NCBI GenBank assembly: GCA_050633305.1
Contig: JBOEGF010000002.1
Location: forward strand, 32,001 to 96,000
Direction of reading: 5' to 3'
DNA from: Nannocystales bacterium
GTDB lineage: Bacteria > Myxococcota_A > Polyangia > Nannocystales > Nannocystaceae
Length of the DNA: 64,000 nt
Below, in pieces: positions 47,858 through 59,204 of this stretch. The translations under genes were made by a program, and so were the position numbers. Positions within the stretch are counted from its first letter, which is position 1. Every line of letters begins with the position of its first letter. The notes beneath the pieces are model-generated. The model did no database searches. It had not been told where the DNA came from and saw only the letters and a list, made by a program, of their open reading frames with translations.

Positions 47858-48560
47858 TTGCTTGACGCTCACCCGCTCAAGGTCGTCTATGCCTCTGCAT
47901 GCGAGACTGCGCTCTCTCCTTCGACGACCAGGGGGGTGTCCTGCCCCTACGGGTTCACCGAACCGTTGGTCCTGGGAACGTCGTACGCGATGGCGGACTT
48001 CACCACCGAGGCACAACCGCAGGCGTCACCTTCGACGACATCGACGCGCTGAGCTTCATCTTCTTCACATCGTGGCTCCCGGGGGCGGCTCCGCTTCGGC
48101 GCGAACGCATGCGCGCGCTTCGGGTCCGTGGTACCCCCTTGCAGTGCGACGCGTCCTGCTGGCTGCTGCTCTGTGCGTCGGCCCGGGCGTGGCGTGTGCG
48201 GCCGCTCCCCTGACCTCGCCCTCACCGCGCTCGCGTCCGTGCCACTGCGACCCAACACGGTGGACGGCACGATCGCCGTCATGACGGTCCTCAGTCCCGC
48301 GGAGCGCGTGCAGACCTACGCGCCCCCGGACACGCCGTCGCTTGAATCCTCGGTCCGATCCTCGAGCTGTTTCGTCACGCAACGCGTGCGCACCCCCGCG
48401 TGGCCCGAACGCGTGCGTCGAGGTGCAACGGATATGTCGATCACCACCCGCGGCAAGTGCCAGGGTTCTACGCCGCCGGCGATCGAACTCGACGCGGTCA
48501 TCGGTCAGTGGTTTTCAGTGATGGAGGAGGACGGACCCTTGCGGCCACCGACCCGACCCC
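47858..48560 (+). pseudogene. Degraded coding remnants including a lipoprotein-like N-terminus
   Basis: VRRVLLAAALCVGPGVAC near 48144 then frame changes; no intact ORF. Confidence 0.35.
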
Positions 48561-48676
48561 GCGGCGACGGGGTGACCGCGCCTCACGGAGCGTCGTACTC
48601 GCGCTGCTCTCGGCTCGCAACGACGGCGGGGCGGAGGGCGGCCGCTGGAGGTTGTCCCCCACGAGTGCGTCAGCGC

Positions 48677-50137
48677 TCAGTCGACCTCGACCCGGCAGAT
48701 CGAAGCCGGATCCCACTGCAGTAGTGCGATCGAGCTGTCCGGGCTCACGACGACGTTGCCGAGTCGACGAATGGTGTCTTCCACGACCTGCACCGTCGAG
48801 CCGTCGGCGTGAAGCCGCAGCACGTTCGAGACGTTTGCATCGTCATCGCTCAGGGAGGTGACCCTGATGAAGCTGCCGACGTCCGGGTGCCGGCCGAAGC
48901 TGCAGAACCCCCCGGGCAGCTGCTGTGTCGAGAGTCGGTCGCCCTCTGGAGACCACAGGTCGAGAATGCCGAGGTAGGGAGGGTCGGGGTACTCGAGGGC
49001 GTAGACCGAGGGGGTGAGCGAAGTGATCGTGGCCAGCACGTTGTCTTCGACGAACCCCATGCAGGAAAAGATGTGGGCGTAGTTCTCGCCGCTGCTCTCG
49101 AACTCGCCGAAGAGGCCATCGAGCGGCTCTCCGGTGGTACTGTCGAATCGTCGGCCCCACGGGTAGGGCATGTAGGGGCCGTCGAAGCCCCCAAAGGCTT
49201 GGTACATCCCCGAGATGATGTGGAATGGGCCCTCATCTGCGATTAGTGTGTTCGTCCATGCCGCCTCGGTGGCGCCGTACTGATTGTCGACGTCATGCCT
49301 CCACAAGGGTTGTGGGGCATCTCCGTATCGGGCCCAGTTCAGCTGCGAGCCACCGAACTCCCCAGAACTCTGCATGACGGCGATGATATCGCCGGAGTCC
49401 AGCGTGGTGAGAGCTCGGTAGACGACTTGGGAGAGTGGCTCGCTGACGCCCGCGGGCGAATGCACGTAGCCGGAGTCCGACAGAGCGTGCGTCGTGAGGT
49501 CAAACGCGAGGATCTGGTCACCCACGGGGATGAATAGTCGACCCCCCGCAACCGTGCCGGCGCGAGGCGGGACATCCAGGGAAGACGTGTGGTTGAAGAC
49601 CTCCACTCCTGTCACCGCGTCGACCCCTCGAATCACGAGCAACGCCTCATCGACACTCCAGCCATACCAGACGAGCAGGTCGTCGGACCTCAGGAGCGAA
49701 GATCTATCCGGAAACTCGAGGGGAAGCGGGTGGACCCAGGAGCAGGCTGCAGGGTCCTCGACCTCCGCCCCGCCGGTGGAGCCCATGGACTCGGAGCCTT
49801 CGGTGGTTCCACCGGAATCCGACGTGGTGCTCGTCTTCGGAGCCCCTGACGACTCGCTCGAGCCCGATGGCCCAGAGGAAGTCGAGGAGGTCGTCCCGTC
49901 GGTGTCGTTCGGCCCCGTTCCCGGTGGCGCCGTCGTCTCCGAACCATTGGTCGTCCCGAGGGGAGGTGGCGTCTCCGTCGTCGAGGCGCTTGCGTTCGAG
50001 GTGGCGATGCCGCCGGGTTCACCGCTCGACGTGGATCCTTCGCCCCCCCCTTGAACGACAGGATCGCAACCGGCGAGCAGAGCCACAGTGAGCACGCCCC
50101 GCCACCAGCGCCTCCATCGACGTTTCTTGGGTACCAC
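48677..50137 (-). CDS. Lipoprotein with S/T stalk and probable beta-propeller
   Basis: LLAGC lipobox; GVDAVTG, AFDLTT, FDSTTGE PQQ-like blades; start uncertain. Confidence 0.75.
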   Translation of the reverse strand: MVPKKRRWRRWWRGVLTVALLAGCDPVVQGGGEGSTSSGEPGGIATSNASASTTETPPPLGTTNGSETTAPPGTGPNDTDGTTSSTSSGPSGSSESSGAPKTSTTSDSGGTTEGSESMGSTGGAEVEDPAACSWVHPLPLEFPDRSSLLRSDDLLVWYGWSVDEALLVIRGVDAVTGVEVFNHTSSLDVPPRAGTVAGGRLFIPVGDQILAFDLTTHALSDSGYVHSPAGVSEPLSQVVYRALTTLDSGDIIAVMQSSGEFGGSQLNWARYGDAPQPLWRHDVDNQYGATEAAWTNTLIADEGPFHIISGMYQAFGGFDGPYMPYPWGRRFDSTTGEPLDGLFGEFESSGENYAHIFSCMGFVEDNVLATITSLTPSVYALEYPDPPYLGILDLWSPEGDRLSTQQLPGGFCSFGRHPDVGSFIRVTSLSDDDANVSNVLRLHADGSTVQVVEDTIRRLGNVVVSPDSSIALLQWDPASICRVEVD

Positions 50138-50201
50138 GAGCGTTGGTGCAGCCCGGCGTCGGATTCCGTGCAGAAGGTACGGGGTCTGTTTCGGGCCGTT
50201 G

Positions 50202-50753
50202 ATGACCCCGGCGACGTCTATGTGCTCTCCAATCCGGGAATGCCCGGGCTCCTCAAGATCGGGTTCACTACAAACCCGGTCCAAGAACGCGTTCAGCAGC
50301 TAAACACCACGGGTGTCCCCCACCCTTTCGCCATCGACGCGATCTACGAGTCAGAGAACCCCCACCGCGACGAGCAACGGGTTCGCGCCCTCATGGAGCC
50401 CAGGCGCGTAAACGACCGCCGTGAGTTCTTCCGAGCCGACACCTTGCTCGCCCTCGCAGCCATCTCCGAGGTCATGGGTCGCGGGCCGAGCATTCTCCGC
50501 CCGGAAGTCGGCGCCGGTTACACCGCGTTCAAGGGGGGGAGAGCCCCATCTCCATCTCGTGCCCCCCCTTGCGCGGAGCAAGATCGTTCGGCGCCTGAGC
50601 GCTGCGCTGCAGCTGCTGGCGACGAGCCAGTCCGCTACGGCGCGCAAGCAAGCCACCGTCGAACTCCAAGCGCTGATCCCAGAAGCGCGGTCACCCGAGG
50701 AGGCGATCGCACAAGCGCGGTGGCTCGTCGAGGAATCGCCGCCCCAGATTTGA
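50202..50753 (+). pseudogene. T5orf172 / GIY-YIG domain gene, frameshifted
   Basis: VYVLSNPGMPGLLKIGFT...ER..QL.TTGVP...REFF; ATG at 50202 is one base out of frame; probable second shift near G7 at 50533. Confidence 0.75.
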
Positions 50754-50916
50754 GAAGCTCGTCGCGCGCGATGGAACACTGGCGAGCGCGACGTCGTCTC
50801 CCCCGCGGGCACCGCTCGAATGCGCCTGCGGCACAACGTCGCCGGTGTTGACTTGAATACCGCCCACGGGATCCCGTCCGAGCGGGGGCTCGTTTCCCAG
50901 GGCCCCGCCAGCAACC

Positions 50917-51441
50917 ATGTTTGAACGCCAAGCGCTCTCCTCGGTCGTCCTGATTCCTTTGCTCCTGGCCGCTGGCTGTTCAGAGGGGGATGCCGAGACG
51001 CCCTACGTCGGGACGTATGAAGTCCGCTCGCACACCGAGAATGTGATGGGGTGCGAAGGCGCAGGAGAGGCCGTTGAAGGTGACGTGCTGTTCTTCTCTT
51101 TGGAGGACGAGAGCTTCTTCGGGGTCTCGTTGTTGACGTGGCACGACTGCGAAAGTGCGAGTTCGTGTAATGAGGAAGGAGCGCTCGATCGGTCGTTCAC
51201 CAAGGAAGGTTCGGAGTGGACCTCCAAGGTGATCTTCGCAAGCGGGGACGTCGACTGCAGCCTCGGTCTCACGGAGGGCACGATCACTGAGACCGACGCC
51301 GGGATCCGCCTCGAGTTCCGCAGCTACGAGGGCGTGCTCACCGTCGCGAGCGAGGAGGCGTGCGAGACCGACGTCGCTGAGCAACGTCGAGACGAGCTCG
51401 ATTGCACCGGCATCGAGGTGCTCGAAGCAACGCTTCTGTGA
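50917..51441 (+). CDS. Hypothetical lipoprotein
   Basis: LLAAGC lipobox; Cys-containing beta-rich domain. Confidence 0.8.
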   Translation: MFERQALSSVVLIPLLLAAGCSEGDAETPYVGTYEVRSHTENVMGCEGAGEAVEGDVLFFSLEDESFFGVSLLTWHDCESASSCNEEGALDRSFTKEGSEWTSKVIFASGDVDCSLGLTEGTITETDAGIRLEFRSYEGVLTVASEEACETDVAEQRRDELDCTGIEVLEATLL

Positions 51442-51638
51442 GCGGGTTGAGCCGAGCACTCTTCGGCTGAAGTCAGAGCACGCACCGTCGGAGGTTCGGC
51501 ACGTCGGACTGCAATCGGGTCCGTTGGGGTGCGACTCCGTGTACTCGAACGTTCTCCTCGGTCACCACCGATTGCACCTGTTTCGTGGACATCAAGATCG
51601 GGCCCACGCACCACGGGGCGGTGACCGAGCGCCGTGAA

Positions 51639-51743
51639 GCTCGCGCTGTCACCGACGACGGCCGCGAGGTGGTGGTCAAGGTGCAGTACCCCGGGCTCGA
51701 CAACGCCGTCGACTCCGACCTCGCGCACCTCAAGCTCGCAGCG
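51639..51743 (+). pseudogene. ABC1/AarF/UbiB kinase internal fragment
   Basis: RAVTDDGREVVVKVQYPGLDNAVDSDL; ends at the stop of the convergent gene. Confidence 0.8.
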
Positions 51744-52619
51744 TCAGTAGCAGACGCCGACGTTCTCGTATCCCGGAGGGGCCGTGCCCTCGGCAAACAA
51801 CTCCGAGCACGACACGCCCTCAGGACAGGCCGGCGCATCGAGGTCGCAGAACTCTGAGCAAAGGGGATCCCCGTCCCCCGCACACATCAGACCCGGCAGG
51901 CACTCATCGAACCCACCGCAGGTCTCGCCTTCGTCGAGTTCGCCATGGGGAACGCAGATGAAGTTCTCGAACTGCACGATCACACAACTCTCCCCGTCCG
52001 CGCAGTCCTGGACAAGCGGGTCGCACACCGGGTGGCACTCCCCTTCAAACTCGAACTCCGCGCCCTCAACACAGCCGCCCCCGGACGGAAGCTCGCACAA
52101 GCCCACCTCGACCGAGCCGCCGAACGAGACGCACTCCGCATCACCGCAAGACCCCGGGAACATGAGGTCGCAGTACTGCGCGCAGAGTCCCGCGTCGTTG
52201 CACTGCAGTCCGACTTGGCAATCGTTCGAGGCTTCGCACGCCTCGCCTTCGATGCCCTCGCCCGTCGGAGCGCAAGCGTAGTCATCCCCAACGAGGTAGC
52301 AGCCTTCGCCTTCGAGGCAGTCCTGCACGAGGGGGTCGCAGTTCCCACCGCCCGGGGTGTCATCGCCGTCGCCCGCGTCGGGTAGCCCGGTGTCCGGGGT
52401 GTCGCCAGGATCGTCTCCGGAGTCCGCCGTGCCCGGGGTGTCGCCATCGCCCGGGTCGCCGGGGTCCGCGGTCTCGCCAGGACCCGCGCCGTCACTCATC
52501 GACGCGCCCACCGTCTCGTCGGACGTCTCGCTCTCCCCCACCTCGACATCGACATCACAGGCCGACGACGCGACGAGGAGCATCGAAGTCAGGAACGCTA
52601 GCTTTGTAACTCTGTCCAT
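51744..52619 (-). CDS. Cys-rich repeat lipoprotein
   Basis: SSAC lipobox; two CDPLVQDC..GE.C modules. Confidence 0.85.
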   Translation of the reverse strand: MDRVTKLAFLTSMLLVASSACDVDVEVGESETSDETVGASMSDGAGPGETADPGDPGDGDTPGTADSGDDPGDTPDTGLPDAGDGDDTPGGGNCDPLVQDCLEGEGCYLVGDDYACAPTGEGIEGEACEASNDCQVGLQCNDAGLCAQYCDLMFPGSCGDAECVSFGGSVEVGLCELPSGGGCVEGAEFEFEGECHPVCDPLVQDCADGESCVIVQFENFICVPHGELDEGETCGGFDECLPGLMCAGDGDPLCSEFCDLDAPACPEGVSCSELFAEGTAPPGYENVGVCY

Positions 52620-53413
52620 CACTCGCCTTGATGTCGGCGCGGCGTTTCGTTTTGCGCGGCACCGCTCAGTTTTTTGCAGGTTCCTTCCGCCTTCGCTCGC
52701 AAGTGGTGAAGCGGATGGTTCTTGGCAAACCCAGCCTTCGCTCGTTTCACATCCTCGATCCGACCCAAGCCACACAAGGCCTCGAGTTCGATCAGGTCTC
52801 GCTCGGCAGCCATCGTGGGTGCAGCGAAGTGACGGCGATGGCTCGCCACGAGCGTCAGAGCCTCGCCGTAGTCACGCCCTCGAACCGCGCGACGTTGTGC
52901 CTTCAAGGACTCGAGCTCGCGTGCGAGCGCCGAGGGCTCGGCCGCGGTATCGGGCGGGACCGTCGGCGCAGGAGGCTCTGCATGCTCCGACGGACGCGCC
53001 TTGCGTCTTGGGGAGTGCACCTTGGATGGGGCCACCGCCTCGGCCTTCGGCGAGAGCACCGCCGGGGGGGAGCCCTGCTGCTGTGCCGGCCGAGCCACGG
53101 CGGGAGCGTGACGCGGTGCCTGCTGGGGCGCATCGTCGTCCGACACGTCCGCCGCTTGGTCTCCACGCTCGGTTGCCACTTCGGGTTGGAGCAGCCGTCC
53201 CGACACGCTCCAAAGCCCCACGAGACCTGCAGCGAGGGTCGTCACCGCCACCACGAGCGCGGCAGCACGGCGACCCGACAAAGGGGCAACCTCGACCTCC
53301 GCCCGCTCTTCCTCGAAACGTGCAAAGGCGGCCTCCGCCTCCGCGTCATCACGCGCATGCTCCTCCTCGACGAACGCATCGAGGTACGCGCCGAGTTTAT
53401 CGTCGTCGATCAC
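52619..53413 (-). CDS. Putative anti-sigma membrane protein
   Basis: Single TM, Pro-rich linker, C-terminal HRRHF...ER..IE.EALCGLGR; coupled to ECF sigma. Confidence 0.75.
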   Translation of the reverse strand: MIDDDKLGAYLDAFVEEEHARDDAEAEAAFARFEEERAEVEVAPLSGRRAAALVVAVTTLAAGLVGLWSVSGRLLQPEVATERGDQAADVSDDDAPQQAPRHAPAVARPAQQQGSPPAVLSPKAEAVAPSKVHSPRRKARPSEHAEPPAPTVPPDTAAEPSALARELESLKAQRRAVRGRDYGEALTLVASHRRHFAAPTMAAERDLIELEALCGLGRIEDVKRAKAGFAKNHPLHHLRAKAEGTCKKLSGAAQNETPRRHQGE

Positions 53414-53949
53414 GTTGCCAGCCCCTCCTTCTCGTGACGCTCAATCGCCGCTGCCACGGCCGCCTTGGCCGCGCGTACATGTCGATACACCGCGTGGGTC
53501 GAGATCTGCAGAAGCGCTGCGGCTTCGACCGCAGCGATCCCCTCCACGACCATCAGCTCGAACGCCTCGGCCCGCGGAGGGTCCATGCGCTCGAGACATG
53601 CGCGAACAAGCCGCGCCCGCTCTTGCTTGAGCACACGCTCGTCGCTCTTCCGGCCCCCTTCGACCGTCTCGACCGGAACGTCCGCCCCGCGGCGGTCTCG
53701 TGTTCCCCGTCGGCGGCGCGCATTGGCACAAACCCGCCACGCCACACCGCGTAGAAACGGCCGCGGCGCATCGAGCTCGAAGTCGGCCTGACGCCGATAG
53801 GCGACCAGGAAGACCTCCTGAACCGCATCATCGGCGTGGGCGTCATCCACCCCGAACCGCCGCACGCATCGGCGCACGAACCCGTGATGCCGGAGAAAGA
53901 AGCGGCGAAAGTCGGGAGACCCCGGAATCGGCTCGACGCGCCCTCTCAT
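53410..53949 (-). CDS. ECF sigma-70 factor
   Basis: ADDAVQEVFLVAYRR; region 4 EAAALLQIS..AVY. Confidence 0.88.
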   Translation of the reverse strand: MRGRVEPIPGSPDFRRFFLRHHGFVRRCVRRFGVDDAHADDAVQEVFLVAYRRQADFELDAPRPFLRGVAWRVCANARRRRGTRDRRGADVPVETVEGGRKSDERVLKQERARLVRACLERMDPPRAEAFELMVVEGIAAVEAAALLQISTHAVYRHVRAAKAAVAAAIERHEKEGLAT

Positions 53950-54040
53950 CGTCGAGCCTTGCAGCCGGGCGTACCCCACACCCTTGAATGTCGAGAAGGC
54001 ATCGAGTTTTGCGCCCGCGACCGAAAAAAACCGCTCCAGC

Positions 54041-55090
<1,050 letters not shown>

Positions 55091-55214
55091 CTCGTAGCAC
55101 AGTTGGCGCGAACCGCCCCGGGTCGTCGCGCCCGCAGCTCAGCGGATCGGGCTCTCGGCGATCCGCACATCGGGGTGCCGGACCACGCCGCCCAACGCTT
55201 CGACCCTCCGCTGC

Positions 55215-55850
55215 GCTCAAACGAAGCGGAGTGTGAAAGAGCCGATGCGGAGGAGTACGGCGTCCCGTCGTCGAGGGCGGTGATGACGCAGGAGTCGAGC
55301 GGCCGGCTGAGGACGGGGGGCGGAGCGAAGGCCTGGGAGAAAAAAAACGGGCCCGAAGCGGCCGCCAAGCCCCGAGCGCCCAAGATGCGGGTTCGCCGAG
55401 ACGAGCCCTGGCCGAAGCGGCGACCTTCCTAAGCCCAGAGCACTCTGGGCCTGGCCGAGAACAGCTGGAGTTGTCCGCACACCCGCCCACGCGGCGGTGG
55501 CCGAGCGCCGTGAAGCTCGGCGGCGATCCGCATCGGCCCGCGACAGGCGGAGCACACCGAGATCTCGATGCGATACACCCGGGCCCGCAGCGTCATCCAG
55601 GCCAGTCGTGAGCGAGCAGCATCACGCACCTGAGCCTCGAGCAAGGTTATGGTGCCCGGAGCTCCAGGTGTCCGCGAGGGACAACAGCGCGAGCTGCTTG
55701 GGCTCCGGCGCAGCCTCCTCAGCGCAAGACACGAGCGCAGTGCCTGGTGGGCCGACAAGACGCCGTCGTACAGAACCGTGTCCGCCCTGGGCGGAGGGGC
55801 CTGCGCACACAGTCGGGCCAAAAAGGTGTGCGGGCCATCTAGGCGTAGGT
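55215..55850 (-). mobile_element. IS91-like (Y2 rolling-circle) transposase remnant with 3' end, copy 2
   Basis: FLARLCAQAPPPR..TVLY.GVL; W..L.ARVYRIEISVCSACRGPMRI; ARPPP. Confidence 0.8.
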
Positions 55851-55932
55851 CGGCCCGAAGCGATTCGACGACTCCCAGACTGGTGATCGCACGATGTCCC
55901 CCCCCTCCGTCTCAGACTGCTGTCGAGAGGGT

Positions 55933-56448
55933 CTACGAGCGGCGCAACTCTTCTCGCAACTCAGCGTGAAGCCGAACGTACCAAGCCAACCCCCTACACC
56001 AGCGCCGCAACCCAACTTCGTTCTCGCGGAGGAGCCGGCCTACCTCCTCCTCGATGCACTGAGCGAGCGATGTCCTTTCGACCAAATGACGGGAGACCTC
56101 CTCCAAGCCATAGGCCGACATCGGAGGTACGAACGAGCCGTCCTTGGAGACGAGAACCTGAGCGAGTTCGTTGCCGAGGTTCCAAGCGTCGACAGCGAAT
56201 CCCTCCGGCTCGAGCCATATGCACACGCGCCGCATACCGCTCCCCCCTCTCGCAAGGAACAGACCCATGTCGATGAGTTCCTCCAGCGGGTCGTTGCTCA
56301 CACCGGATGCCCGCTCGTTCAGCTCGAACTCATCGAGTACGAGCCGAAACCCCAACCACCCGACGCTGGGGTCGCGAAGCTCGACCTGCAATCGGGTCGC
56401 GAGGGAGATCCGTGGAAGCGAACTCAGCATCTCCTCGATCTCATCCAC
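55933..56448 (-). CDS. Hypothetical protein
   Basis: 171-aa ORF with globular composition; start uncertain. Confidence 0.6.
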   Translation of the reverse strand: MDEIEEMLSSLPRISLATRLQVELRDPSVGWLGFRLVLDEFELNERASGVSNDPLEELIDMGLFLARGGSGMRRVCIWLEPEGFAVDAWNLGNELAQVLVSKDGSFVPPMSAYGLEEVSRHLVERTSLAQCIEEEVGRLLRENEVGLRRWCRGLAWYVRLHAELREELRRS

Positions 56449-56631
56449 GCCGGCTCCAGACTAGCCCGTTCTGCCTTGTGGGGTCTCCGCAAACTCAAAG
56501 CATCGGACACACTCCGGTCGCATACGCGTTTGCTCGGCTCGGCGGCCCGCGGAAATCACCGGCGCCATGTTTTCTGCGCGTCACATCGGTGAAGTGGTCA
56601 CGTCTCCCTCAACAGACGAGGAGAGAACCCC

Positions 56632-57036
56632 ATGAAGACCCCACGCCCTCACATTCCGCGACGCACCACGACAGCCGCGACACTGGCCGTCGCGTTCGTC
56701 GTCGCCCTGCTCGGCGATACGACGACGGCCCAGGCCCAGGCCAGAGCCCGCGCCAACAGCTGCAACAACCAGGAGGCTGACTGCACGAGCATGGCCAACT
56801 CGATCGCGCGGCGCTCGTTCAAGTCCGGCGTGAAGTCGATCGTCTGCACTTCGGCGAACACCGCGACCGTCAAGCTCGACAACGGTTTCGTGGTGCAGAC
56901 GGGCTGGCTCGGCGGGTTTGCCACGGGTGCCGTACTCGACGGCTTCTCGGGCCTGCACTTCCGGAACTGCGCGTTCACATACACATGTCCGCACTCCGGG
57001 ATCCAGTTCAACAAGGTGTTCTGCACGAACGGCTGA
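56632..57036 (+). CDS. Small secreted Cys-containing protein
   Basis: GAGGAG RBS, signal peptide ending AQA, six Cys. Confidence 0.8.
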   Translation: MKTPRPHIPRRTTTAATLAVAFVVALLGDTTTAQAQARARANSCNNQEADCTSMANSIARRSFKSGVKSIVCTSANTATVKLDNGFVVQTGWLGGFATGAVLDGFSGLHFRNCAFTYTCPHSGIQFNKVFCTNG

Positions 57037-57249
57037 CACACGCGACGAGCGACCCCATCGAGAGCGAGGTCGGAACGCCCGTCCCCACCCACGTGGACGA
57101 CGAAGAGGACGAGACGGCACCGCGCGCGTTCGCGAAGGCATACGAGCTCGACGTCGACGAACTTGGAGCGGCGTGAACCGAACCGCAACGGCGGCTAAGC
57201 GCGAAGCGAAATGGACTGGGAAGTCACGCCGCCCGTGAAAGACAACGTG

Positions 57250-57621
57250 TCAGCTCATGGTGTGCACGTTGAGCTTGTTGCCGTCCAAGTCTCGGAAGTA
57301 CGCAGCGAAGAAGCCGCCCGAGCCGCGGGACCCTGGCTCGCCTTCGTCGGTCCCACCCAACTCGAGCGCCTTCGCGTGCATGGCCGCGACCTTCGACGGG
57401 TCGGCCGCGGCCAACGCGACCATCACGCCGTTTCCGACCGAAGCCGGACGCCCGTCGAAGGGGACGTGGATGGAGAACATGGAAGACCGCCCCGGAGCGC
57501 CCCAGACGATGAAGTCCTCGGCCTCGAGCGTTCGGGTAGCGCCCATCAGCGCGAGCAGAGCGTCGTAGAACGCAGCGGCTCGTTCGAGATTGCGGGTGCC
57601 CAGCGAGGTGTAACCGATCAT
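57250..57621 (-). CDS. VOC/glyoxalase family protein
   Basis: MIGYTSLGT, GNGVMVAL, YFRDLDGNKL. Confidence 0.92.
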   Translation of the reverse strand: MIGYTSLGTRNLERAAAFYDALLALMGATRTLEAEDFIVWGAPGRSSMFSIHVPFDGRPASVGNGVMVALAAADPSKVAAMHAKALELGGTDEGEPGSRGSGGFFAAYFRDLDGNKLNVHTMS

Positions 57622-57638
57622 GGGCCGTATCTTGGAGC

Positions 57639-57690
57639 TTGCGAATCTGAACGCCACGAGCAAAATTGGCGGAGGGGTTTGCAGATCTGA
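57639..57690. promoter_or_regulatory. Putative LysR boxes in the VOC/lysR divergent region
   Basis: TTGCGAATCTGAA and TTTGCAGATCTGA, both T-N11-A and similar to each other. Confidence 0.5.
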
Positions 57691-58595
57691 CGAGCACAGA
57701 GCGATGGGATTGGAACGCGCTGAAGGTGTTCTTGGCCGTCCAGGTCGACGGAACCCTGGCGGGCGCCGCGAGGGAACTCGGAGTGAGCCACTCGACGGTG
57801 TTCCGACGGCTCAACGCGCTGGAGGCGGAGCTGGGAGGACGGCTCTTCGACCGTGCCGCGGGCAACTACACGCTCACCGCGGTCGGCGAGGAGATGTTGG
57901 TCCACGCGCGCGGCATCGCAGAGTCGTTCGACGAGCTCGAACGACGAATCGTCGGGCGGGATGTGAAGCCCCACGGCACGGTGGTGCTCACCGCACCCAG
58001 CAGCTTCGCGTACACGCACCTCCCCGGCTACCTCGCCCGGTTCGCGGCCCAGTGCCCCGAGATCGATGTCGAGCTCCTGGTCAGCAACTCCGTCGTCAAC
58101 CTCAGCACCCGCCAGGCCGACGTCGCGATTCGAGTGGCGTCTTCACCCGCCGATCACTTGGTGGGCCGCCAGGTCGCCACGGTCCGGTGGGGTCTCTACG
58201 CGAGCCCAGCCTACGTCGAGAGCCACGGCTCACCAGCATCGCAAGACGACCTCGGAGGACATCGACTGATCGGTGCTGCCGGCCGCCTGCGAGACTCTCC
58301 CGTGTTTACGTGGTTGGAGCGGACGCACCTACGGGACATCGTGGTGAGGACCGACGACCTTATCGCGATGAGCCATTTGGCGAGGGCCGGGCACGGTGTC
58401 GCTCCGCTTCCGGATGACCTCGCCTTGCAAGGACTCGAGCGGGTCTGTGCGTTGCATCGTGCGGGGACCAACCGGGTCTGGGTGCTGACACATCCAGACC
58501 TGCGCAAGGTCGAGCGTGTGCGGCTGACCATGCGGTTTCTGTCGGAGGCGCTCTCGGGCGATGCATCGTTCGCAGCCCGCCCGTCCCCCTCGTAG
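57666..58595 (+). CDS. LysR family regulator (start anomalous)
   Basis: DWNALKVF..GTLAGAARELGVSHSTVFRRL; LTHPDLRK. Confidence 0.88.
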   Translation: MAEGFADLTSTERWDWNALKVFLAVQVDGTLAGAARELGVSHSTVFRRLNALEAELGGRLFDRAAGNYTLTAVGEEMLVHARGIAESFDELERRIVGRDVKPHGTVVLTAPSSFAYTHLPGYLARFAAQCPEIDVELLVSNSVVNLSTRQADVAIRVASSPADHLVGRQVATVRWGLYASPAYVESHGSPASQDDLGGHRLIGAAGRLRDSPVFTWLERTHLRDIVVRTDDLIAMSHLARAGHGVAPLPDDLALQGLERVCALHRAGTNRVWVLTHPDLRKVERVRLTMRFLSEALSGDASFAARPSPS

Positions 58596-58636
58596 CCTTC
58601 CCAGCACTTCGATGGTCGCTGACGCCACCGTTCCCT

Positions 58637-58713
58637 CAGAGGTCCGGCAGAGGTCCGGCAGAGGTCCGGCAGAGGTCCGGCAGAGGTCCGGCAGAGGTCC
58701 GGCAGAGGTCCGG
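58637..58713. repeat. Tandem repeat (CAGAGGTCCGG)x7
   Basis: Seven perfect 11-bp units, intergenic between convergent genes. Confidence 0.97.
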
Positions 58714-58739
58714 TGGTCGTCTTCTCGACCAGGCGTGCG

Positions 58740-59204
58740 CTACTCGCAAGTTGCGAGCCCGGCGCAGTTGGCCAGGCCCGAGACGTCGAGCATGCCCGAT
58801 CGGCACGTGACATTGTCTTCGAAGCACTCGAACAGACCATTGCCGTCGAGGTCACAAGGGATGTTCGCGTACGCACTACAGTCGACGCCAGTCTGTGCAC
58901 CGTCGAAGCCGCACTGCAAAGATCCCAGAGAATCGGCCCACGCCTCGCAGGCGGCGACGTTGTCGAAGTCACCGCTGGAATTGTTGCCGTTTGTCGTGTC
59001 AGGGGTGTCTTCCGGAGGGGTCCAGGACACGTCCACACAGCGATCCGACAAGCACGTGAGGCCGTTGAGACACTTGTAGTCGACCGTGCATGGGCAGGTC
59101 TCCGAACCGTCCGGACAAGAGTCGGAATCAGAATCGGAGTCGCACGCCGAGCACAGCGCGATCGCCAAGCATCCGAGTTGCAGAATCTTCGACGAAAGGT
59201 TCAT
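58740..59204 (-). CDS. Cys-rich lipoprotein
   Basis: LCSAC lipobox; CPDGSETCPC. Confidence 0.8.
   Translation of the reverse strand: MNLSSKILQLGCLAIALCSACDSDSDSDSCPDGSETCPCTVDYKCLNGLTCLSDRCVDVSWTPPEDTPDTTNGNNSSGDFDNVAACEAWADSLGSLQCGFDGAQTGVDCSAYANIPCDLDGNGLFECFEDNVTCRSGMLDVSGLANCAGLATCE

Noticed and set aside
58637..58713. Possible CRISPR array
   Set aside because: Units are 11 bp and contiguous with no spacers; no cas genes in the window
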